Source: an uncultured Verrucomicrobiota bacterium (GTDB lineage: Bacteria > Verrucomicrobiota > Kiritimatiellia > SLAD01). From it: DNA of 61,241 nucleotides. A model generated the notes under the pieces. That model did not search any database, was not told where the DNA came from, and saw nothing but the letters and a program-made list of their open reading frames with translations. Position numbers and translations under genes: made by a program. Positions 36,767 to 44,703 of this stretch are shown here, one piece after another (positions within the stretch are counted from its first letter, which is position 1; each line of letters begins with the position of its first letter). The stretch covers positions 1 through 61,241 of the forward strand of contig CAYRPR010000001.1 of the NCBI GenBank assembly GCA_964425945.1, read 5' to 3'.

Positions 36767-37741
36767 ATGAAAACAATGATACAAAATACCCTGTGCGCGT
36801 TGGCACTGATCGTCGGGGTCGCCGTACAAGCCGCCAGCCCGGCCCTGATCAACTACCAGGGACGTCTGCTCGATACGGCTGACGAACCGGTGAACGCGAA
36901 TGTGTCCGTCGTCGTACGGGTGTTCACCCAGCCGTCCGGCGGCAGCGCGGTGTGGGAGGAAAACGTCGGCTCCGTTCTCGTGATCAACGGTCTCTACAAC
37001 TTCCAGTTCGGCGACGCGGGTCTATCCGATGCGCTGGACAACGACCAGGCCTGGCTGGAGTTGACGATGGGCGGCAATACGTTCTCGCCCCGCCAGCGGC
37101 TGGTGTCGGTCCCTTACGCCCTGCATGCCGAGATAGCGGGCGAGGTCGAGGACGCTCCGTCCGGCGTACCGAGCGGCTTGATTGTGATGTGGTACGGCGC
37201 ATTGAGTGCGATTCCGGACGGGTGGCTGCTGTGTGACGGATCGAATGACACACCCGACCTGAGGAACCGGTTCGTGTATGGGGCGTCCGACAGCGTTTCG
37301 CCGGGCACAACGGGAGGCGCCAATTCGTACGTGCTGGCCACGGCCCAATTGCCTGCCCACACGCATGCCGGGGCATCCAGTACGGAGGGATCCCATACGC
37401 ATACCGTGACTACGGCGAGCGCCGGCGCGCACACGCACACCGCGTCGGTCAATAGCCCGAGCCATCGGCACAACCATTATCAGCGCAGTTACAGTGGCAC
37501 GTATCCCCAGGACTCCGTTGCCACGTCGCCGAATACCGGAACGGCCACCATCAACAGCGGTTCATCCGGGAACCACAACCACACGCGCCCGAACGTCAGC
37601 GGCGGATCGCACGGGCACACCATCAGCATTACATCAAACGGAGCGCATGAGCACGATCTGACCATTGACACCACGGGTGACAATGAGGCCATCGACAATC
37701 GGCCGGAGACCATGGTGCTCGCGTTCATCATGAAGGAGTAG
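36767..37741 (+). CDS. Sec-signal-bearing phage-tail-collar/fibre-like protein with HxH ladder (paralog 3)
   Basis: Signal 'ALALIVGVAVQA'. 'PDGWLLCDGSNDTPDLRNRF'. Motifs HTH, HTH, HTH, HRHNH, then an insert, then HNH, HGH, HEH. Ends 'DNRPETMVLAFIMKE'. Confidence 0.85.
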   Translation: MKTMIQNTLCALALIVGVAVQAASPALINYQGRLLDTADEPVNANVSVVVRVFTQPSGGSAVWEENVGSVLVINGLYNFQFGDAGLSDALDNDQAWLELTMGGNTFSPRQRLVSVPYALHAEIAGEVEDAPSGVPSGLIVMWYGALSAIPDGWLLCDGSNDTPDLRNRFVYGASDSVSPGTTGGANSYVLATAQLPAHTHAGASSTEGSHTHTVTTASAGAHTHTASVNSPSHRHNHYQRSYSGTYPQDSVATSPNTGTATINSGSSGNHNHTRPNVSGGSHGHTISITSNGAHEHDLTIDTTGDNEAIDNRPETMVLAFIMKE

Positions 37742-37876
37742 GGCGTCTCGACGTGGGATACCGGCGTGGGTCCGCAAGGCAAGCGCTCGCAATGCATCGA
37801 GGACCCATGGGGGGCGACTGACTGCGCCTGAATGGTGGATATTGTTGTGCCGAACAATTCAGGAAACCGAATAGGG

Positions 37877-40800
37877 ATGACCAATGGGCGCGAGAGGAAG
37901 GCCGTTCAACGCGGCGCCCTGTCGGCTTGTGTACTCCTGCTGATGGCGGCCGCCCTGATCGCAACGTACCCCGCGCGCGCGGACTACAGCCTGCACGTTC
38001 CCGGTGTATACACGCATGATCAATTCGGCTTCGTAGTGTCCTATCCCGCCGAGTGGTCGGTGGTGACCGGGCCGTCAGCCGATGGCGTGGGCGTCGTGTC
38101 CTTCGAGAGCGCGGCGGGGGATCGCATCGTATGCTCCTTCGAGACGTGGACTGGAAAAGGCGGCCTCATGGAGCGTCTGGCAGACGGCGGCGCCCTTCTT
38201 GACGGCATCCTGTCGTCGTGGTTGCCTGATGAGCCAAACGCGTTTGCGGCTGGCGATGCGCCGGCTGTTCGCGTCGCGTGGCCGGCTGAATTCGGGAACA
38301 CCCGGCTGACCACGTTCTTTGTTAAGTACGATTTGGTCTTCCGGATCGATTATGCGCGGGTGTCGGCCGCGGATCACCTGGAGGCGTATGATCACTTGCT
38401 GGATTCGTTCTTCTACGAGCCTTTCCCGCCCCCCGAGCAGGAGTGGATTGCCAATGCCACGCGCGAATTCGCGATATACATGCCAACGCGGGGCTGGACC
38501 GTGCGTCATGAAACCTGGGCCACGGATTATGAATTCGAAATAGAGGAGAAACTGGATTTCGTTCATGTCGATGGCGCCATGATATGGATCGATGTATGGA
38601 GCAATCCTGGAGGACTGGACCTGGATCAGTGGATGGCCACGAATGCATCCATCCTTTCCTTTGGGCCGGAGGATGTGTCGGCGATGTCGCTGTCGGACGG
38701 GCTGATCACGGCGTACCGACATGAAGAAGCGGGTCCGGAAGTCCAAGCGTTCAATAGTGTTCAAACACTCTTTGCCTTCGGCTCGAAAGTATACCGGGCC
38801 AGCTACCTCAAGCGGGACGGTGGCGCCGCGCTGGCGCTATTTGATGAATTGGTTCAGAGCGTATCATTTCAGCCGTCGCCGCGTTGGAATGATTCTTCCG
38901 TACTCGCCGTTTACGAGCGCCGGACCGCATCCAGCGTCGGAGAGATCGTTCCGCTCGTGTACTCCTGCGGCGGCCAGAATGATACCTGCCCGTGCGGCGC
39001 ATACAATCCGTTTCCGTGTTGTAAACATACCGACTGCTATGCGGATGGTTCCGATGGAAATTGCACATGGCACGCGTGGCATCGCGGATGCTGCGATTGG
39101 AACAAGAATATCCCGCCGCGCGGAAATGCCAACACCTGGGCCGGTGTATTCAGCAGCCATGCGGACTACACACTGTCATCCACGCCGCAAGTCGGCGATA
39201 TCGCCTGCAAGAACTCGGGAACGTTCGGCCATGTGGCCTATGTCACATCGGTGGGCTCGACTACGGTTACTGTAACCGAGCAGAACTGCTGTGGCGCCGT
39301 ATGGGGTGTGCCCAGCGGAACGCGCACACACACGTACAGTAAGAGCTACTTCGACGGGGGATATGCCCGGCCTAAATCCGCCACCGGCAGCCTGAAGGTG
39401 ACGATTGAGCCCTCGGGTGCGCGTAGCGCGGGTGCGCAGTGGCGCCGTACGGGCACGAGCACGTGGCGGAACAGCGGGTATACGGAGACGGGTTTGTCGA
39501 CGGGGTCGAAGACGGTGGAGTTCAAGACGATCTCGAACTGGGACAAGCCGGCCAACGCGAGCATCACGATCAACGCGGGCCAGACGGCTTCGATGACGAA
39601 GACGTACGTGCGTCACAAGGGTTCATTGACGGTGACGATCAACCCGGCGGATGCGCGCACGGCGGGCGCTCAGTGGCGTCGGACGGGCACGAGCACCTGG
39701 CGCAATAGCGGGGCGACGGAGTCGAGCATCGACACGGGCACGTACACGGTGGAGTTCAACACGTTGGCCAGTCCGTGGATCAAGCCTTCGAACATCAGCG
39801 TATCGATCACGAAGAACAATACGACGTCGGCCACGGCGCGTTATAACCGACCGCCGGTTCTGGCGTCGCCGGGCAGTCATTTTGTGCATGTCGGCGCGTT
39901 GTTGACGTTCCCGGTGACGGCGACGGACGCGGATGGCGACGCGATCACATTGAGTATGGCGAGCGCGCCGTCGGGTGCGACGCTGGTCTCGACGGGCGGT
40001 GTGGGTACATTGCGGTATACGCCGACGTTGGCGCAGTCCGGCGGGACCTTCACGCCGAGCTTCACGGCGACGGACGCGCTGAACGCGAAGGATACGAAGA
40101 GCGGGACGATCCAGGTGGGTTCGCCGCCGACGATCGATCCGATTGCGCCCCAGCGCGCGCGTGTGGGGCAGTTGTACGAGTTGGACGTGCAGGCCGACGA
40201 TCCGAACGGCGACGTGATTACGTTGACGATGGGCAACGCCCCCTCCGGGGCGGTGTTCGATCCGGGCGATGGCCGTCATGGCGTGTTCACGTTCACGCCG
40301 GAGTCGTCGCAGGGCGGCGAGGTGCATGACATCGTATTCACGGCCAGTGATGCGGACGGTCAGCACAGTGTGACGGTCACGCTGATCATCGGCGCGCCGC
40401 CGGTGTTACAGCCGGTTGACGACGTGGCGCTGACCGCGGGTCAGATCGCGAGCTTTACGGTAACCGCGGCGGATCCGAACAACGATGCGAAGACGTTTAC
40501 GATGACGGGCGCGCCGGAGACGGCGACGCTGACGGGCTCGGGCGATAGCCGTACGTTTTCATACACGGCGCTGGAGTCGGAGAAGGGGATCGCGTTCGAC
40601 ATCACGTTCCAGGTGTCGGAGATCGACGGCGAGGACAGCGCGACGATGCGTCTTCGTGTGCAGGGTCCGCCGGAGTTCGTTGAGATCCCGCCGCAACGGG
40701 TGGTCATTACGAATGAGCTGGAACTGGCGGTGGAAGCGGTGGATCCGGACGGGGACGCGATGACGTTTTCGATGACCGACGCGCCGCCGTCGGCCGTGTT

Positions 40801-43800
40801 CGAGACGCACGCGTCGGGCGGGACGTTCCGTTACACGCCTTCGGCGGAGGAGGGGGCGCAGACCTATACGGTGACGTTCACGGCCTCGGCGATCGACGGG
40901 GTGACGGGGATGGAGGTGCCGGTTCTGGTGGGCGTGCCGCCGTTGATGACGGCGCCGGTGACACAGCAAGTGGCCAAGTTTAACCTGCTGGAGTTCGAGG
41001 TGAGCGCCTCGGACCTGAACGACGACGAACTGGTATTAAGCGTGGCTTCGTTGCCGGAGAACGCGGAGTTCGAGGTGGATGGGCCGGTGGGGGTGTTCCG
41101 GTTCACGCCGTCGTCGTTCCAGGGCGATCAGGATTACGCGGTGGTGTTCCGGGTCGAGGACGGGCTCGACGGATACGATGAGCGTACGGTGGACATTCGC
41201 GTGCTCGACGACGACATGTACGAGCAGAACGATCTGATGGAGGAGGCGACCGACTTCAATCCATATCGTGGGATGACGCGTCCGGCGAAGCAGTCGGACG
41301 ACGACTGGTATTACATTGACCTGCCGTTCGGCCGTCAACGGGTCAGCGTGGATGTGCAGTTCGACCGTGAGTTGGGCGATATGCAGACCGTGTTGTACAA
41401 CGCGCAGGGTGTGGTGGTGGGATACGGCGTTACGATGGCATCGGGATTGGAGTTGCATGCGGATAGTCCCTATTTTGGGCGGCACTATCTGGTGATATTT
41501 GGAGAGAACGTTGGGAATGGATACGCGCTCCTGTGGGATCACGCGGATTCGTGGGACGGTTGCGTCGGGGCGGATGACGCCTATGCGCCGAATCACACGC
41601 GGGATACGGCGGTGGTGTTGACGTCGGGTGAATGGCTGACGGACGGGTTGGGCGTGGGGATCGCGGGTCCGGCGGACTGGTATGTGATCGATGTTCCGGG
41701 CGGTGAGGAATGGTTGAGCGTTACGAGTATCTACGGTCAGGTGGAGCATCCGTTGCGATTGGAGGTGTACGATCCGGACGGCGAGTTGATTGCTTCGGTG
41801 GATGGTGCGGATGGCCGGGTGGAGTGGAGCGGCGCGCTGGTATCGCGCGGGGCGCATGCGGTGAAGATCGAGTCGGTGAACGATCCGGTGTGCATTCCGT
41901 ATGATCTGATTGTGCATACGGCGCCTCGTGAGAATCTTCCGGTGGAATATCTGTCGGGACGTTATGTGCGTTTGCCGGTATCGGTGTCGGATCAACCGGG
42001 CCGCTGGCTGGCGCCGGACCCGTCGGAAGGAGGGCGGTACAACGCCGCGGGAGCCGGTGGCCGGACGGGTCCGGACTTCTGGGGCAATGTGCCGGCGTTG
42101 GCCAACCAGGTGATCGGGTTGGGCGGCTCGGTGCGTACGAACGGGTTGGACTGGCATCAGGCGCCGATGATTACGCGTTTGAGCGCAGGGAGCTGGAACC
42201 GGTTGTCGATCGAAGGGGAGCCGTTCGAGGGGCTGTATTTTCAGCGGGTGGTGGAGTTCGAGGAGGGCGACCGGGTGGTGGTGGTGCGCGACCAGTTGCT
42301 GAACCTGACCGATGAGTCGCTGGAATCACTGCTTACGATGGACAGTGTGAACCCGACGCCGGACTACGCGCAGGCGGATCTGCGCACGGCGAACGACGTG
42401 CGGACGGTGTTTGATCGGCCGGATCTGGTGACGGCGTCGTCGTTGTTGAGCGGGCGGACGGTGGCGTTGGGCTCGTCGCATCCGGCGGCGGTGCCGGACG
42501 CGTCGTTCCTGAGCCGGGTGAATCCCTACACGGTGCTGGCTTCGCCGAACGATCCGGACGGTGCGGCGGCGAATCTGTCGGTGAAGCTGATTCTGAATCA
42601 CGATCAACTCGGCGCGAATGAGTCGACCGAGGTTCTGTGGTATCTCGTGTTCGGGTCGGACGCGGATGATGCGGCGGATCAATTTGAGATTGCGGTGATG
42701 CGTAACGAGTGGGATGACGACGCGTTTGAGCCGAATGATGAGTTGGTTGGGGCGGTGGATGTGTCGGGTCAGTCCGGTGCGCGTTTGCGGGCGATCCAGG
42801 CCAACGATGACTGGTACGCGATCGAGTTGCCGATCGGGGTGCAGGACGTGAATGTGGAGGCTCGTTTTGCGCGGGCGCACGGCGACGTGCAGATCGACCT
42901 TTATTCGGCGGACGGGGACTGGCTGTGCGGGTCGGAATTGACCGACGAGGGCGCGACGCTTTCCTGTGTGGCGGCGGCGCACGGGATCGTTTATCTGCGC
43001 GTGTGGGGGGATGATTCGGGGAACGTGTACGATCTGGTCTGGACCGCCGGAAGCTCGTGGGGCGGGTGTGCGGGGTCGGTGGACGATGGGTTCGAGCCGA
43101 ACAACAGCCGGGATGAAGCGGGCTTGCTGGCGCCGGGGGTGTGGGGCGCGCTGCAGTCGGGCGGCATGCTGGTGGCGGGAGATGATGACTGGTATGCGCT
43201 GGAGTTGACGCCGGATCAGGTGGCGTTGACCGTAACCAGTGCCCACCATGCGGCGCACGGCGACCTGGCCCTGGAACTGTACGATTGGACCGGGACGCTG
43301 TTGCACGCGGTGGACACGGCGTCGGACTACGAGGTGCTTGCGTTCACGGTGCCCCGGGAAGGGCGGTACTATCTGCGGGTTGTTCCGCCCGCGAGTGGTG
43401 CGACGTGCAATCCGTACGATCTGATCTGGAGCGGGGAACCGTCTGCGGATCCGGCGTCGGATGCGATTCATCTGTACGGACGGTATTTGTATCTGCCGAT
43501 TCAGCGGACGGGCGAACCGGGGCGGATGGTCCTGTCGGATCAGAGTGCGGGGTTGCGTTACGATGCGTCGGGGGTGGACGGCTTCGGGGGCGTGGATATC
43601 TGGCGTTACCTGACGATTCCGTGCGCGCATTACATCGGCTGGGACGGTTCGCAGGTGGTGACGAACGGCAAGGGCTGGGCGTCGGGTCCGGTGGTGGAGA
43701 AGCTGAGTGCGGGCGACTTGAATCATGCCCGTATCAGCGGTACGCCGAAGGATGGTCTGTTGTTCGTCCGTGACGTGCGCTTCATGGATGGCGACCGCGT

Positions 43801-44623
43801 GATCCTGATTGAAGATGTGCTGGTCAACGAGGGGGTTGATCCGTTGGACCAGGTGCTGACGATGGATACTTTCCATCCGAATCCGGACTATGACGAGGGC
43901 ATCCTCAACACCCGTAACTATGTGACCGCGCTATACCGGGATTTCGAACTGGCAGTGGCCGAGGCGACGCTTTCCGGAATCACACTGGCGGTGGGTTCGG
44001 AAAGTCCGTATGCGGTGGTGGACGCCTCCTTCCTGAGCCGGCAGAACCCCTATACGGTATTGAATGCGCCGAATCATCCGTCGGGTCAGGAGGCGAACTT
44101 CTCGCTCAAGATGTTGATGAACTATGGCGCCGTGCCGCCGGGTGCGGCCGTGACCGGTCGCTGGGAAATCGTCGTGGGGGTTTCGCGGGCCGAGGCGATA
44201 ACGCTGTGGCGTGAGTTGGGGGCGGATCAGCCGGCGATGATGGACATGCAGGGTTCCAGCCTGCCGGACTGGTGGGAGATCGCGTATTTCGGCGGATCGG
44301 TCGACCCGGATGCCGATGAGGATGGAGACGGCATGAGCAATCTCCGGGAGTACCTCGCGGGCACGGACCCCCATGATCCGGAGAGCGTATTCCGCGTGGA
44401 CTTCAGCGTTCCGGTTTTCGATCCGCTCATCCCGGGCGGTCCGGTTCTTCACTTTGAGATCCAGCCGGGCCGTCGCGGCACGCTGTTGTACGGGACCAAC
44501 CTGTTCGGTCCGTTCTGGCCGTTCCCGGATGCGCCGAGCGGTCCCGGCCGCCATTCCGTGACCGATCATTGGGATCGGATCGAAGGCACCATGTACTACT
44601 TACTGAGACTCGATGACCCCTAG
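37877..44623 (+). CDS. Giant exported CHAP-domain protein 2: two N-terminal copies of the 27205-type domain, a diverged CHAP head, then the same stalk as the 27788 protein
   Basis: Start chosen at MTNGRE with the signal 'ACVLLLMAAALIATYPARA'. CHAP Cys in 'DGNCTWHAW' (39062) and His in 'GTFGHVAYV' (39230). From 'GSLKVTIEPSG' onward it is collinear with the 27788 protein. Confidence 0.85.
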   Translation: MTNGRERKAVQRGALSACVLLLMAAALIATYPARADYSLHVPGVYTHDQFGFVVSYPAEWSVVTGPSADGVGVVSFESAAGDRIVCSFETWTGKGGLMERLADGGALLDGILSSWLPDEPNAFAAGDAPAVRVAWPAEFGNTRLTTFFVKYDLVFRIDYARVSAADHLEAYDHLLDSFFYEPFPPPEQEWIANATREFAIYMPTRGWTVRHETWATDYEFEIEEKLDFVHVDGAMIWIDVWSNPGGLDLDQWMATNASILSFGPEDVSAMSLSDGLITAYRHEEAGPEVQAFNSVQTLFAFGSKVYRASYLKRDGGAALALFDELVQSVSFQPSPRWNDSSVLAVYERRTASSVGEIVPLVYSCGGQNDTCPCGAYNPFPCCKHTDCYADGSDGNCTWHAWHRGCCDWNKNIPPRGNANTWAGVFSSHADYTLSSTPQVGDIACKNSGTFGHVAYVTSVGSTTVTVTEQNCCGAVWGVPSGTRTHTYSKSYFDGGYARPKSATGSLKVTIEPSGARSAGAQWRRTGTSTWRNSGYTETGLSTGSKTVEFKTISNWDKPANASITINAGQTASMTKTYVRHKGSLTVTINPADARTAGAQWRRTGTSTWRNSGATESSIDTGTYTVEFNTLASPWIKPSNISVSITKNNTTSATARYNRPPVLASPGSHFVHVGALLTFPVTATDADGDAITLSMASAPSGATLVSTGGVGTLRYTPTLAQSGGTFTPSFTATDALNAKDTKSGTIQVGSPPTIDPIAPQRARVGQLYELDVQADDPNGDVITLTMGNAPSGAVFDPGDGRHGVFTFTPESSQGGEVHDIVFTASDADGQHSVTVTLIIGAPPVLQPVDDVALTAGQIASFTVTAADPNNDAKTFTMTGAPETATLTGSGDSRTFSYTALESEKGIAFDITFQVSEIDGEDSATMRLRVQGPPEFVEIPPQRVVITNELELAVEAVDPDGDAMTFSMTDAPPSAVFETHASGGTFRYTPSAEEGAQTYTVTFTASAIDGVTGMEVPVLVGVPPLMTAPVTQQVAKFNLLEFEVSASDLNDDELVLSVASLPENAEFEVDGPVGVFRFTPSSFQGDQDYAVVFRVEDGLDGYDERTVDIRVLDDDMYEQNDLMEEATDFNPYRGMTRPAKQSDDDWYYIDLPFGRQRVSVDVQFDRELGDMQTVLYNAQGVVVGYGVTMASGLELHADSPYFGRHYLVIFGENVGNGYALLWDHADSWDGCVGADDAYAPNHTRDTAVVLTSGEWLTDGLGVGIAGPADWYVIDVPGGEEWLSVTSIYGQVEHPLRLEVYDPDGELIASVDGADGRVEWSGALVSRGAHAVKIESVNDPVCIPYDLIVHTAPRENLPVEYLSGRYVRLPVSVSDQPGRWLAPDPSEGGRYNAAGAGGRTGPDFWGNVPALANQVIGLGGSVRTNGLDWHQAPMITRLSAGSWNRLSIEGEPFEGLYFQRVVEFEEGDRVVVVRDQLLNLTDESLESLLTMDSVNPTPDYAQADLRTANDVRTVFDRPDLVTASSLLSGRTVALGSSHPAAVPDASFLSRVNPYTVLASPNDPDGAAANLSVKLILNHDQLGANESTEVLWYLVFGSDADDAADQFEIAVMRNEWDDDAFEPNDELVGAVDVSGQSGARLRAIQANDDWYAIELPIGVQDVNVEARFARAHGDVQIDLYSADGDWLCGSELTDEGATLSCVAAAHGIVYLRVWGDDSGNVYDLVWTAGSSWGGCAGSVDDGFEPNNSRDEAGLLAPGVWGALQSGGMLVAGDDDWYALELTPDQVALTVTSAHHAAHGDLALELYDWTGTLLHAVDTASDYEVLAFTVPREGRYYLRVVPPASGATCNPYDLIWSGEPSADPASDAIHLYGRYLYLPIQRTGEPGRMVLSDQSAGLRYDASGVDGFGGVDIWRYLTIPCAHYIGWDGSQVVTNGKGWASGPVVEKLSAGDLNHARISGTPKDGLLFVRDVRFMDGDRVILIEDVLVNEGVDPLDQVLTMDTFHPNPDYDEGILNTRNYVTALYRDFELAVAEATLSGITLAVGSESPYAVVDASFLSRQNPYTVLNAPNHPSGQEANFSLKMLMNYGAVPPGAAVTGRWEIVVGVSRAEAITLWRELGADQPAMMDMQGSSLPDWWEIAYFGGSVDPDADEDGDGMSNLREYLAGTDPHDPESVFRVDFSVPVFDPLIPGGPVLHFEIQPGRRGTLLYGTNLFGPFWPFPDAPSGPGRHSVTDHWDRIEGTMYYLLRLDDP
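39381..44598 (+). repeat. Copy 2 of the 5.2-kb direct repeat
   Basis: See copy 1. Identity ends about 25 nt before each stop codon ('...YYLLRLDEPQQ*' against '...YYLLRLDDP*'). Confidence 0.9.
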
Positions 44624-44703
44624 TCGTGAGCCGAAAAGGCTGGTACTGGTTTCCAATCTGTGCTTCTATGGATTGAGTATCTACGGAAAGATTTAGAGTC
44701 CCC

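Noticed and set aside
34761-37741. A prophage or tailocin remnant, suggested by the tail-collar-like genes.
   Set aside because: No capsid, portal, terminase, sheath, tube, baseplate, tape-measure or lysis genes lie within ~20 kb on either side. All three proteins have Sec-type signal peptides, which virion tail fibres normally lack.
27788-44623. A composite transposon or IS-mediated duplication of the 5.2-kb repeat.
   Set aside because: There is no transposase, integrase, terminal inverted repeat or target-site duplication. Both identity boundaries lie inside the ORFs, and the flanks are unrelated.
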